Assembly (NCBI GenBank): GCA_965371245.1
Contig: CBDUXT010000009.1
Span: forward strand, 1,796-65,795
DNA from: an uncultured bacterium
Lineage (GTDB): Bacteria > Planctomycetota > Phycisphaerae > UBA1845
DNA: 64,000 nucleotides
Direction: 5' to 3'
Made by a program: the position numbers and the translations under genes. A model generated the notes under the pieces. The model was not told where the DNA came from, did not search any database, and saw nothing but the letters and a program-made list of their open reading frames with translations. This document shows positions 9,204-19,192 of the stretch, piece by piece (position 1 is the stretch's first letter; each line of letters opens with the position of its first letter).

Positions 9204-9340
9204 GGCGTCGGGTGGCATGCCCAAGCCGGAGGCGCGGGCATGGGTCGGCGCATCCGGCACATGGCCGCGCTGCGCTTGGCCATGCCACCCAACGACCGGA
9301 GCCGCGAAAAGTCGAACTACCTTTCTGGGACCGGCACTAG
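9204..9340 (+). repeat. dispersed repeat family A, copy A1 (long imperfect hairpin)
   Basis: The first 39 nt are identical to 37412-37450. Arms GGGTGGCATGCCCAAG and CTTGGCCATGCCACCC pair at 15 of 16 positions. It lies between convergent genes. Confidence 0.8.
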
Positions 9341-10309
9341 GAGACGATGGGCGTTGCGGCCAAGAATGTCGGCCCGCTGCTCGGCGGTCAGGTCCAGCTC
9401 GGAGATGCTCTGCTTCATGCGCTTCAGGCTTCCGATCTGGTGGGGGTAATCGCTGCCGGCGAGGATCTGCCCGCGGCCGGCGAAGTTGATGGCCAGCCGC
9501 AGGCAGCCGACGTCGAAGTTGACGGTGTCGTAGTAGAACCGGCGAAGCAACTCACTCGGCGGCCGCGTGACGTTCGCGCGGCACTGCGAGAACGCCTCAA
9601 ACCCGCGATCCAGGCGCTCGGCCAGGTAGGGAATCGTCCCGCCCAGGTGGCAGAGCACCCAGCGAATGCCGGGGAACCGTTCGACCACGCCGCTGAAGAT
9701 CAGGCCCGCGGCGGCCAGCGTCGTGTCGAACATGAAGCCCACCAGCGGCATCAGCATGTACTCCTCCATCGCCTCGACACCGAGCGGATAGGTCGGGTGG
9801 ATGTACATGACGGCCTCGGCGTCCGATGCCTTTTCATAGATCGGCCAGAAGCGCTCGTCGTGTAGCGCGACGCCGTTCACGTTGCCGAACAGCATCGCCC
9901 CGGGCAGGCCAAGCTCGCCGGTGGCGCGGTCGAACTCGCCAACCGCCGCAACGGGGTCGTTCAGCGGAAGGGTCGCCAGGGCGGTGAACCGGCGCGGTCG
10001 CTCTCGTTTGATGGTGGCCAAGGCGTCGTTGGCCAGCCGGGCGAGCTGCACGCTACGCTTGGGTTCTTCCAGCAGCGTACCCGGCGCCGTGAAGGTGAGC
10101 ACCTGCATGTCGATACCGGCATCGTCCAACACCTTTTGGCGAAAGTCGATGTCTCGGTGGCCGGGGACGATGATGTTGTAGTCGCCGGGGCTGTGCAGCA
10201 CCGGGTTGCCGTCGTCATCGACCGTGATCCGGTAGTTGCTCGGCCCCTCGCGCAGGGCGTCCAGGTATTCCGGCGGATAGTAGTGATTGTGGAAATCGAT
10301 CGTTATCAT
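9317..10309 (-). CDS. amidohydrolase_2 family protein (ACMSD / decarboxylase-like metal hydrolase)
   Basis: MITIDFHNHYYPPEYL...HPTYP...GSDYPH. I prefer ATG 10309, which overlaps the upstream stop (ATGA at 10306-10309). The ORF track start is 10351. Confidence 0.85.
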   Translation of the reverse strand: MITIDFHNHYYPPEYLDALREGPSNYRITVDDDGNPVLHSPGDYNIIVPGHRDIDFRQKVLDDAGIDMQVLTFTAPGTLLEEPKRSVQLARLANDALATIKRERPRRFTALATLPLNDPVAAVGEFDRATGELGLPGAMLFGNVNGVALHDERFWPIYEKASDAEAVMYIHPTYPLGVEAMEEYMLMPLVGFMFDTTLAAAGLIFSGVVERFPGIRWVLCHLGGTIPYLAERLDRGFEAFSQCRANVTRPPSELLRRFYYDTVNFDVGCLRLAINFAGRGQILAGSDYPHQIGSLKRMKQSISELDLTAEQRADILGRNAHRLLVPVPER

Positions 10310-11904
10310 GGCGTTTGGGCCCGCTGCTCTTTTCGGCGAATCATTCGCCACGCATAATAAACCGGAAGCCCGATCAGGACCAGAGACAAACCCTTCGCGC
10401 CATCCTTGAACTCAGCCGCAACGTGGTTGATCACCACCGCAAACGAAGCCGCCGCGAAGACGCCCGGTACGATCGGATAACCCCACACCGAGTACGCGCG
10501 CGTCACGTCCCGGCGCCGCCGGACAATGAACAGGCCGATCGCCATCAGCCCGAAGAAAATCCACTCGGTGTAGACCACCCGTTTGAACACTGCCTCGTAC
10601 CTTCCCGTGGCGACGAGTACGGCCGACCAGATACCCTGCAACACAATGGCCCGATGCGGCGTACGGTAGGTCTCGTGGACCCCGCCAAACCATTTGAATA
10701 GCAGCCCGTCCCGCGCCATCGCGTAATAGACGCGCGGACCCGCCAGCACGATGCCGGCCAGCGCCCCGAAGCCCGAGAAGATCACCAGGGCGGACATGAC
10801 CTTCGCCGCCCCGGCACCCAAGAGCGCGTGGGCGAGGTCGGCAGCGATCCGTTCGGATGACGCAACCTGCTCAATCGGAAGGACATACATGTAGACCGTG
10901 TTGAGCAGCATGTAGCACACGGTGACGACGATCATGCCGATGACCAGCGCGCGCGGAATGGTTTTGCGCGGCTCGACGGTCTCCCCCGCGTTGTACCCGA
11001 CCATGTGCCATCCGCCGAAGGCGAAGAGACCCGCCACCATGGCAAGCCCGAACTCGCGAAGCCCGACGGTGTCGCCGGCGCCAGGTGATACGACGAAGTG
11101 CTCGGGAACGTCGGAGCCGATGGCGAACCCCAGGACGATGATCGCCGCGATAGCCAGCAGCTTGCCGACCGTACAGAGCGCCTGCAGAAGGCTGCCGTGC
11201 CGAACGCCGACGTAATTGACGGCCGAGAGCAGCAGGATGACGCTGATGGCGACGTACCGCTGCCCGTTGTCCGTGAGCTGAGGGAACAGCGCCCCGGCAT
11301 AGCGGGCGATGACCATGGCCAGGGCTGCGATGATCCCGGAGTGCATGATCCAGAACATCGCCCAACCCCACAGAAACCCCACCGCCGGTGAAAACGCCTC
11401 CTTGAGATAAACGTACACGCCGCCGCTCTGGGTGAACGTCGAGGCCAACTCCGCAACGACCAGTGCGCCGCACATGGTCAACACGCCCGATGCGGCCCAG
11501 ACGGCTAGCGCCCCGCCCACCGTCGGGACGAACCGTGTGACCTCGGCCGGCTGAAGGAAGATCGCGGTTCCGATGATCGTTCCGACGACCATGGCCGTAG
11601 CCTGCGGAAGACGGATCGCCCGGCGAAGCTGGGAACCTGAGTTGACCTGAACGTCGTCGATGGATGCGTTCCTCTGCGTGCGGTTTGACCGGACGCGTCG
11701 CGCGGTGCGCCAACCCCGCCGAAGCGCCTCGGCCGTTCGCTCGGCCCAACGAGACCCGGGAGGGACGTACCGTACGATGACCGCCGCGGGTCGCAAGTGC
11801 TCCCGGACGGAATGGCGCCGTCGCGCGACACCGGAGGCTGGCGAAGGATCATGCGGAGGGTTGGCAAGGGCCTCGACGAGCGGCTGTTTTCCCGGCTCGG
11901 GCAC
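10306..11904 (-). CDS. APC-family amino acid permease
   Basis: Multi-TM protein with LPQATAMVVGTIIGTAIFLQPAEV...AELASTF. The start is uncertain because the ORF-track N-terminal ~100 aa are non-membrane and overlap the upstream gene. Confidence 0.8.
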   Translation of the reverse strand: MPEPGKQPLVEALANPPHDPSPASGVARRRHSVREHLRPAAVIVRYVPPGSRWAERTAEALRRGWRTARRVRSNRTQRNASIDDVQVNSGSQLRRAIRLPQATAMVVGTIIGTAIFLQPAEVTRFVPTVGGALAVWAASGVLTMCGALVVAELASTFTQSGGVYVYLKEAFSPAVGFLWGWAMFWIMHSGIIAALAMVIARYAGALFPQLTDNGQRYVAISVILLLSAVNYVGVRHGSLLQALCTVGKLLAIAAIIVLGFAIGSDVPEHFVVSPGAGDTVGLREFGLAMVAGLFAFGGWHMVGYNAGETVEPRKTIPRALVIGMIVVTVCYMLLNTVYMYVLPIEQVASSERIAADLAHALLGAGAAKVMSALVIFSGFGALAGIVLAGPRVYYAMARDGLLFKWFGGVHETYRTPHRAIVLQGIWSAVLVATGRYEAVFKRVVYTEWIFFGLMAIGLFIVRRRRDVTRAYSVWGYPIVPGVFAAASFAVVINHVAAEFKDGAKGLSLVLIGLPVYYAWRMIRRKEQRAQTP

Positions 11905-12913
11905 CGCGGCTGCGAAGCCAATGGGCTCCGACGTGGATGATGTCGTAGAGCGCGCGAAGAGACGGCCGCCAACGGAAGGACTCGGCCAGGTGTTCCGCCG
12001 CCTGTCGGCTGGCTCCGGAGCGAAAGCCGTTGTAGCCGAGCTGACGGCAGGTCGTAGCGAGATGCCGGCGCACCACGGTCCGCTGCGGTCCGGTCAGATC
12101 ATCAAACGACTGGTTCATCTCCAGTAGCAGCGAGCGCAACCGGAGAAGGTTGCGATGCTTGCTGGTTCTTGTCACGCTTCCTTCGACGAAGTGGTGAAGG
12201 CTGAGCGGCTCGTCCACGAGCCCGGCCGGGCACACACGGACCACCTTCAGGAAGAAAAGCCACTCGGCCGAGTAGGAAGGATCCGCCGACCAGCGGATCG
12301 TACTGCCCAAGACCTCGCGCCGAACCATGCCAACGATCGTCGCGATGAAGTACTCGCGAAGCAGTACGTCGAAGAGATTTCCGGTACAAATACAAAGACC
12401 CGGCGCAATCTGCTGGGTATGGACCTCGCGGGCTCGCTTCGCCAGCGTGGCGAACACACTCTCGTGTCGCCGGCCTGCCAGATCGATGTACGCGTAGTCG
12501 CTGTAGACGAATCCCAGTTCGGGACGCAGGCGAAAGAGCGAGAGCTGGCGCTCGAGCTTGTCGGGCATGAACTCGTCGTCGGAGTCCAGAAAGGCCACGA
12601 ACCGTCCACGAGTCGCGTCGATGCCGCGGTTTCTGGCGCCGCCGCACCCGGTGTTCGCTCGATGAATGTAGACGAAGCGGTCGCCGAGGCGTTGTTGGTA
12701 TCGCTGGGCCAACGCCTTGGTTCCGTCCGTCGAACCATCGTCCACCAGGATGATCTCCCAGTCCGTCACGGTCTGCGAAACGATCGAGTCGAGCGCGCGC
12801 GGAAGCAGCGTCTCGCGGTTGTAGGTGGGAACGACGATGGAGACCAACGGATCAGACACGGACCGCCGCCTTTGCATGAGCCATCGGCCGATGGCACGAT
12901 CGATCGTAGGCAC
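11849..12913 (-). CDS. family-2 glycosyltransferase
   Basis: VSIVVPTYNRETLLPRALDSIVSQTVTDWEIILVDDGSTDGT...FLDSDDEF. Confidence 0.9.
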   Translation of the reverse strand: MPTIDRAIGRWLMQRRRSVSDPLVSIVVPTYNRETLLPRALDSIVSQTVTDWEIILVDDGSTDGTKALAQRYQQRLGDRFVYIHRANTGCGGARNRGIDATRGRFVAFLDSDDEFMPDKLERQLSLFRLRPELGFVYSDYAYIDLAGRRHESVFATLAKRAREVHTQQIAPGLCICTGNLFDVLLREYFIATIVGMVRREVLGSTIRWSADPSYSAEWLFFLKVVRVCPAGLVDEPLSLHHFVEGSVTRTSKHRNLLRLRSLLLEMNQSFDDLTGPQRTVVRRHLATTCRQLGYNGFRSGASRQAAEHLAESFRWRPSLRALYDIIHVGAHWLRSRGARAGKTAARRGPCQPSA

Positions 12914-13982
12914 GTTGAAACATCACGACCCAGTCATCGAGAATCTGATTCCACTCGAACGACTGTTTAACTCGCTCCCGGCCGCTCGCCGCCATCCGCA
13001 GACGCCGGGCGTCATCCTGCAAGAGCGAAACGATTCCATCGGCCAGCGCGACCGGCGACTCCGGCTCGACCAGTAAGCCCGTCGTTCCATCCACAACGGT
13101 ATCGACGAGCCCGCCGACGCGGCTGGCGACCACCGGGACGCCGACGGCCGACGATTCCAAGGCCACCGCTCCGAACGATTCCCGTAGTGAGGGGACCGCC
13201 GTCAGATCCCATCGGGCGATTCTTTGCGGCACGTCCGCGTGCGCTTCCCACGGCAACCACTCGATGGCCGAGCCGACGCCGAGTTCGGTGCCAAGATCGC
13301 GACACAACCCGAGCGTCGGCCCGTCGCCGATCAACTCGAAGCGCGCGTCGGGCACGCGTTCGAGGATCATCGGGATCGCCCGCACGAGGCACTCGGCACC
13401 GTACACCGGTCGAAACCCCTTGAGGAACCCCACGCGGCGAGGCTCACCGCTTCGCCCGATCTCGTGAGGCACAGGCCGGAACAACTCGGTATCGACCCCG
13501 AGCGGCAACAGGTCGATCGTGTTCACATCGATGCCGGCGAACAAGGCGACCTGCCGAGCGAACGCTGGACCCCACGCGGTCACGGCGCTGGCGTGACGCA
13601 GCAGTTCGATACGCGACTGTCGCAGGGTAGCGGGCGGCTTGTGACCAGGCTGCGGAACGATGTCTGAGCCCCACGGCGACGCCACGACAACCCCGTGGGC
13701 CATAATCTCAGGCGTGAAGCCCCAGTCCGCCACGGACAGAAACTGTACGTTCACCACATCGAATCGACGAAGCAAATCGCAGAGGTGCCGGCGCCATCGC
13801 CCGCGCCACCCGCGCAGGTTGCCCAGACTCGGTCGCGGAACGGCGAACCGCTCCACCGTCGTGCAGGGAAGGTCCGCGGGTTGCCGCGTGACGACGTGTA
13901 CGTCGAGGCCACGATCGACGAAACCCGAGACGAGGCGCTGAAGATGCACCGACCGGGCGTTACCTAGAACGCATAGCTTCAT
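12852..13982 (-). CDS. GT4-type (GT-B fold) glycosyltransferase
   Basis: I prefer the start MKLCVLGNARSVHLQRLV (ATG 13982). The C-terminal half is ...VPSLRESFGAVALESSAVGVPVVASRVGGLVDTV, an EX7E-like region. Confidence 0.85.
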   Translation of the reverse strand: MKLCVLGNARSVHLQRLVSGFVDRGLDVHVVTRQPADLPCTTVERFAVPRPSLGNLRGWRGRWRRHLCDLLRRFDVVNVQFLSVADWGFTPEIMAHGVVVASPWGSDIVPQPGHKPPATLRQSRIELLRHASAVTAWGPAFARQVALFAGIDVNTIDLLPLGVDTELFRPVPHEIGRSGEPRRVGFLKGFRPVYGAECLVRAIPMILERVPDARFELIGDGPTLGLCRDLGTELGVGSAIEWLPWEAHADVPQRIARWDLTAVPSLRESFGAVALESSAVGVPVVASRVGGLVDTVVDGTTGLLVEPESPVALADGIVSLLQDDARRLRMAASGRERVKQSFEWNQILDDWVVMFQRAYDRSCHRPMAHAKAAVRV

Positions 13983-15270
13983 GGACCTCTTTCCCGGAAT
14001 CCGACGGTCGGCAAGGCTCGACCGCCAGCGACGAAACGGGCGCGCTTGCCTCCCGGGCGTACGTCCAGTGGTGTTCCAACGACAGGGCTCCCATGGCGGG
14101 ACCGTCATCGAAGATCACCATCGGGTAGCGATAAGGTGTATCGAGTTGGGTCGTGCCACCTTCGGCATCCCAGATCCGCACGTTCCAGAAATATTGCCCC
14201 GCCGCCAGCGGCAGTGCCGGCAGCGTGACGCAGACGGTTTGCTCCCCCGCAGCCGCGTCGAACATCCGTCCGCCCCGCCCGGAGTTGAGGCTCAGTAGAT
14301 TGTCACCGACCGACGCGCGCAGGTTCAATTCAACCACCAGCCGTCGAATCGGGCGGCGAAGGCGCAGCGAGAGTTCCACCTGCACCGCCTCTCTGGGCGA
14401 TATCCACGATCGCTCTTGGCCGACGTCATCGAGGAACCGCACCCCTGATAGTTCGACGGACGCGCCGTCACCCTCATCGCCCGTCTCCACGTCGGTCGGA
14501 CGGGCGGCGTACGCGCGCGAGACGGCCTCCATGTAATGGCTCACGGCCTCGCGCGAGGATCCTTGAAAGACCGTTGTACCCTTGTCCAACACGACGGCCC
14601 GCGGACAGACGGCGCGCATCTGGTCGAGATTGTGGGTCACGAAGACGAGGGTCGTACCGCGACGGACCAGCTCGTGCATCCGTTCCAGGCAGCGAAGACG
14701 AAAGACGGCGTCGCCCACCGACAACACCTCATCGACCAGAAGCACATCGGGATCGACATGCGCGGCGATGCTGAACCCCAGCCGGGCGTACATGCCCGAG
14801 CTGTAGCGTTTCACCGGCATGTCCAGGAACCGTTCGAGTCCGGCGAACGACACAATGTCATCGAGCTTGCGTCGTATCTCATTGCGTGCCATCCCCAGGA
14901 TCGCGCCGTTAAGGAAGATGTTCTCCCGACCGGTCAGATCGCCGTGGAAACCGGCGCCCACCTCGATCAAGGCCGCAAGCCGTCCGGTGACCGAAACCTT
15001 GCCCTGTTCAGGTCGCAGGATGCCCGCCAGCAGCTTGAGGATTGTGCTCTTGCCGGCCCCGTTGGGTCCGATGATTCCAACGGCCTGCCCGCGCTCCACC
15101 CCGAAGCTGACGTCCCGAACCGCCCAGAACGAGGAAGGCCCCTCTCGTCTCTTTCCTCGACCAAGCAGCCGCCGCGCGGCCGCCGCAATGAGATCCTGGA
15201 CCGACTCATGGTCTTGCCCCAGACGGAATCGCTTGGACACACTCTCGAAGCTGACCACCGCGCCCTTCAT
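13960..15270 (-). CDS. wzt: polysaccharide ABC exporter ATP-binding protein with extra C-terminal domain (Wzt-like)
   Basis: Walker A is GPNGAGKST, the signature is YSSGMYARL, and Walker B is LLVDEV. About 190 extra C-terminal residues are present. The ATG overlaps the wzm stop (ATGA at 15268-15272). Confidence 0.85.
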   Translation of the reverse strand: MKGAVVSFESVSKRFRLGQDHESVQDLIAAAARRLLGRGKRREGPSSFWAVRDVSFGVERGQAVGIIGPNGAGKSTILKLLAGILRPEQGKVSVTGRLAALIEVGAGFHGDLTGRENIFLNGAILGMARNEIRRKLDDIVSFAGLERFLDMPVKRYSSGMYARLGFSIAAHVDPDVLLVDEVLSVGDAVFRLRCLERMHELVRRGTTLVFVTHNLDQMRAVCPRAVVLDKGTTVFQGSSREAVSHYMEAVSRAYAARPTDVETGDEGDGASVELSGVRFLDDVGQERSWISPREAVQVELSLRLRRPIRRLVVELNLRASVGDNLLSLNSGRGGRMFDAAAGEQTVCVTLPALPLAAGQYFWNVRIWDAEGGTTQLDTPYRYPMVIFDDGPAMGALSLEHHWTYAREASAPVSSLAVEPCRPSDSGKEVHEAMRSR

Positions 15271-16094
15271 CAAATACACTCCGCGAAGCGAAAGGACGCC
15301 CGTCGAAAGCACGCCCAGCCCAGGACCAACGCGATGGAGGACACCACGGCCGCATAGGCGAACGGACCGGCGGCCGGCAGTGTTCCTTGAATCATGCAAT
15401 CACGATAGGCCTGGATGATCGGCACGACCGGGTTGACCGCGAGGATCGCGCCTAGCGTCCCGTCCCGCGGCACCGGCACGACAACGCCCGAGACGAACAG
15501 GGCGAGCTGGATGCCGACGCCGAAGATCTGGCGAACGTCGCGATAGAAGAGGTTGGCCGTCGCGAGGAACATCCCTACGCCCACCGTCAGGGTAACCTGC
15601 ACGATCACGATGACCGGCACGAACAGCAGCGACCAGCGTAAGGAACAGGTGTACTCCCCGGTTAGATGAAAGTAGATCGCCAGGCCTGCCAGCACGCTCA
15701 TGGCCATACAGAAGTCAACGAGCGAGCCGGCCACGCACGACAACGGAAACACCTCGCGCGGAAAATAAACCTTCGTCACCAGGTTGCGGTTTGCTACCAG
15801 CGAGTTGACGCAGCCGGCGAGGCTCACGGAGAAGAACGTCCAGGGCACAAGCCCGGTGTACGCGAACAGCGCATAGGGCATGTCGAGCTTCAACGCACTA
15901 GTCGCATCGATGGCGCGGGTGAAGACGAAGGTGAAGACCAGCATCATCGTGAAGGGCAGCAAGATCGCCCAACCGATGCCCAGGAGGGATTGCTTGTACC
16001 GGACGCGCAGATCGCGCCAGGTCAGGCTCAGCAACAACTGCCCGAACCGCCCCCACTGAACGCCGGTCGAGAATGGAACAAACGCGCGCATCAT
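15270..16094 (-). CDS. wzm: ABC-2 type polysaccharide exporter permease (Wzm-like)
   Basis: 274 aa with 6 predicted TM segments. It contains RDLRVRYKQSLLGIGWAILLP, typical of ABC-2 permeases, and sits immediately upstream of wzt. Confidence 0.85.
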   Translation of the reverse strand: MMRAFVPFSTGVQWGRFGQLLLSLTWRDLRVRYKQSLLGIGWAILLPFTMMLVFTFVFTRAIDATSALKLDMPYALFAYTGLVPWTFFSVSLAGCVNSLVANRNLVTKVYFPREVFPLSCVAGSLVDFCMAMSVLAGLAIYFHLTGEYTCSLRWSLLFVPVIVIVQVTLTVGVGMFLATANLFYRDVRQIFGVGIQLALFVSGVVVPVPRDGTLGAILAVNPVVPIIQAYRDCMIQGTLPAAGPFAYAAVVSSIALVLGWACFRRASFRFAECI

Positions 16095-16270
16095 CCGTGG
16101 GATCCTGCAAGATCACGTACCAGTTCGCTATCTCAGGGGTTATCGGTCGCGCAGCGACGCGGGTTTGCTTCAGAAGCGGAATTGGGCATCACGGCGAGAG
16201 AGGAAACTTCCAATCGTGTCTCCCGAACGTCGATAAACCCTTGCGGGGCAAGACCGCAGGATCGAAAAAC

Positions 16271-18097
16271 ATGAATGTGTCGCAGATTCAACACGCCGGC
16301 GCAGGGCATGACTCGACCTCAACAGTGGCCGACACGTCAGCCGCTTCCGGCGCGCCGTTGCCCGGCGGGCGACGGCTTACAACGGTGCTCCCTACCACCC
16401 GCGTTCGGTATGTCGCCGACCCGGACGATCCGCCGCAGTACGCCGCCTCGGCCGATGGTTCACGGCGGTGCTGGATGACGGGGCAGGTCTCCGCGCCCAG
16501 CAACGGACAGGAGTGTGCCACAAGCGAAGAACACTCCGCCCGCGCCGCCCTCGATCTGTACGAGCAATCCGGCAGCGCGGCACTAGCGCAACTCGACGGA
16601 TTCTTCACCGGCGCGCTCCACGACACTGCGGCGGATGCGCTGTTTCTCTTCGGCGACTTCGGCGGACCGACCGCCCTCTTCCATGCTCGGCATCACGGCG
16701 AATGGTTGGTCGGTACGAACTTCCACCGTCTGTCCGAGGCGCTGGGTCGCCCCGTCGATTGGAACGTCAACGGCGTCTACGATTTCCTTTGGGGCGGCTA
16801 TGCGCTGCTCGATGAGACCATCGACCGACGAATCAAACAGGTGCCGGCCGCCACGTTGCTGACGCTTCGTGGATTGGAGCGTGAGGCCGCGACCCATGAC
16901 CTGCCCGAGTCCTTCGACTGCTTACCCGATGACGACGACACCCACGAGCGCCTCTTTGCGACGATCATGCGGGCCGTGCAGCGCTGGACCGAGGGATCGA
17001 CGCACCCGGCCCTGTTTCTCACCGGCGGGACCGACTCGCGCATTGTCCTTGCGGCACTGACACGGCTCGGACACCGCGTCGATTGCGTCACCCACAGCGC
17101 GATCGACAGCGTCGAGTCACGCCTCGCCGAATCCGCGGCCCGGCTTTGTCATCAGCCGTGGCAACGCGTCAGCGTGGGCGAGCGGGTGGTCTCCCACTTC
17201 GCGAGGTACGCCAACACGATCCAGCGTCGCGTGGGTCCGTGTGAGCTGTGGGGAATCGGCGGCATGGCCATGCGCGAGGCATTCCTCAATAACCACGACC
17301 TCCTGTTTTCCGGCCTGGGAACCAGCATCACCATGAAGTACGCCAAAGCCATCGGCCGGCAAACCATGGACCGCAAACAACTCGCCCACACGCTCGCCCA
17401 TGCATGGCGAGACCCCGAGGGACCGCGAACGCTGTTCCCCGATGACCTTGACGAAGCGCTGTCGGGTGGCGTGCAGCGGCGCATGCTTGCAATGTTGCAG
17501 CGGTTTCCCGACGGTCTGGAGTCGCACCAGCTCTGGGATCTGCACGCCAACGCGCAGCGCGTGGCCAAGTGGTATCCAGGCGGGATTCGTCTTGCGGCAC
17601 AGCCCATTCCCTGCGTGGCGCCGCTGTGCGATCGTGAGTTCTCGCTGCTGGCGATGCGCCTGCCCTGGACGATGAAAGCCAGGAAGCGCATCGGCGAACT
17701 GTTCCTCCGGCGATGCTGCCCGGGACTGGCGCCGCTTCCGACCACCAGCACCTGGCCCAACCGCCCCACGCGGGTCAAGGTCATGGCACGGATGCCGCGG
17801 GTGCTGTCGCCCCACGCCTACGACCGGACGAAATGGTGGCCGAGCCGACAACGACTTGGGCTGTCGGCCAAACCAGTGGCACAGTGGATTCGCAGTGCGC
17901 TGCCGCCGCATCGGCGCGCGCTCCGGGACTTCGTCGAGCATGAGATGAGCCTGCCGCTTTCGCGTTCGGCCGTCGCGGACGTCTTCCACAAACATGAGTT
18001 GGGCGACGACACCCAGGTCACTTGGCTCGCCACGTTGATACCGCTCTTGCTGTCGGACGGGTTCGTGTTCGACGAGCAGGCGAAGCCAAACTGCTAA
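16271..18097 (+). CDS. AsnB-like PP-loop protein lacking the N-terminal Cys nucleophile
   Basis: I prefer ATG 16271 (MNVSQIQ...). There is a degenerate glutaminase-like region (LDGFFTGALHD...LFLFGDFGGPTALFH) followed by ALFLTGGTDSRIVLAAL, a variant of SGGxDS. It is divergent from wzm. Confidence 0.7.
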   Translation: MNVSQIQHAGAGHDSTSTVADTSAASGAPLPGGRRLTTVLPTTRVRYVADPDDPPQYAASADGSRRCWMTGQVSAPSNGQECATSEEHSARAALDLYEQSGSAALAQLDGFFTGALHDTAADALFLFGDFGGPTALFHARHHGEWLVGTNFHRLSEALGRPVDWNVNGVYDFLWGGYALLDETIDRRIKQVPAATLLTLRGLEREAATHDLPESFDCLPDDDDTHERLFATIMRAVQRWTEGSTHPALFLTGGTDSRIVLAALTRLGHRVDCVTHSAIDSVESRLAESAARLCHQPWQRVSVGERVVSHFARYANTIQRRVGPCELWGIGGMAMREAFLNNHDLLFSGLGTSITMKYAKAIGRQTMDRKQLAHTLAHAWRDPEGPRTLFPDDLDEALSGGVQRRMLAMLQRFPDGLESHQLWDLHANAQRVAKWYPGGIRLAAQPIPCVAPLCDREFSLLAMRLPWTMKARKRIGELFLRRCCPGLAPLPTTSTWPNRPTRVKVMARMPRVLSPHAYDRTKWWPSRQRLGLSAKPVAQWIRSALPPHRRALRDFVEHEMSLPLSRSAVADVFHKHELGDDTQVTWLATLIPLLLSDGFVFDEQAKPNC

Positions 18098-18106
18098 TGC
18101 AGCGCG

Positions 18107-19111
18107 CTACTCGCTTCCTAGAGGACGGGTCATCAGGTCGCTGATGGCATCCATGGGGTGCCGTCCGCCGAACAGGGCGGAACCCACGGCCGCTACGATG
18201 GGCATCTCGACTTTGTGCATCGCGGCAAGTTCAAGAACACTCCGCGTCGTTGGAATCCCCTCGATCACCGAGCTTGTGGATGCCACGATCTGGTCCGCGG
18301 TCTCGCCGCGCCCGAGGCGCTCGCCGGCCGTCCGGTTCCGACCGATCCTCGAGACACAGGTCGTCACCAGGTCGCCCACGCCGGCCAGCCCACGGAACGT
18401 CTCAACCGAAGCACCCAGCGCCAACCCCAGTCGTGTGATTTCCACCAGTCCGCGCGTGATGAGCGAAGCCTTTGCGTTGTCCCCCAGATCGAGCCCGTCA
18501 CAAAGTCCGGCGGCCAGCGCGATCACGTTCTTGACCGCCCCAGCCAGCTCCACTCCGACGAGGTCCTCGCTTGCGTACACGCGCAGGCAGCTCGTCGAGA
18601 AACCATCCTGAACGAGACGCGCAATGGAGGCGTCCGACGCAGCGACCACGACCGTGGCGGGTTTCCCGTCAGCCAACTCTGGAGCAATACTTGGCCCGGA
18701 GAGGCAGGCCAGCCGCGCAGAGCCGACGACATCGGCGATGATCCCCGTGGGACGCAGCAACGTGCCGACTTCCAGCCCCTTGGCGACACTGACGATGGGG
18801 ACATCGGGCGGTCGGTGCTCGGCCAGCCGTTCCCAGACGGGCCGAATAAACTGGCATGGAACCGCGGAAACAATCAGCGAGGGGTCATCAAAGGCGCCGG
18901 AAAGTTCGCTTACCGCGTGGACGGATTCGGGCAACGGATAGCCGGGAAGGTAACGCCGATTCTCACGATCACGCTGAAGCGCGGCGACCTGTTCCAGCGA
19001 GCGACCCCACAGGGTGACACGCGAGCCGCGGCTCGCCAGGAGTATCGCACAGAGCGTCCCCATGGCACCGCTACCGACGATGGAAACACGGGGAATGGGT
19101 GGCGGCGGCAT
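18107..19111 (-). CDS. gpsA: NAD(P)H-dependent glycerol-3-phosphate dehydrogenase
   Basis: VSIVGSGAMGTLCAILLA...GLEVGT...AGAVKNVIALAAG...NRTAGERLGRG. Confidence 0.9.
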   Translation of the reverse strand: MPPPPIPRVSIVGSGAMGTLCAILLASRGSRVTLWGRSLEQVAALQRDRENRRYLPGYPLPESVHAVSELSGAFDDPSLIVSAVPCQFIRPVWERLAEHRPPDVPIVSVAKGLEVGTLLRPTGIIADVVGSARLACLSGPSIAPELADGKPATVVVAASDASIARLVQDGFSTSCLRVYASEDLVGVELAGAVKNVIALAAGLCDGLDLGDNAKASLITRGLVEITRLGLALGASVETFRGLAGVGDLVTTCVSRIGRNRTAGERLGRGETADQIVASTSSVIEGIPTTRSVLELAAMHKVEMPIVAAVGSALFGGRHPMDAISDLMTRPLGSE

Positions 19112-19192
19112 GGAACGGCCTCGACCCGAAGATGGACCGCGCGGCAGCCATCGGCGGGCAGCACCGGGTGACGGGCGGGGAAAGCCTCGTTC

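Noticed and set aside
16097-16262. 8-bp inverted repeat GATCCTGC / GCAGGATC at both ends of the wzm / asnB-like divergent region
   Set aside because: It is too short to distinguish from chance in GC-rich DNA, and no further symmetry is present.
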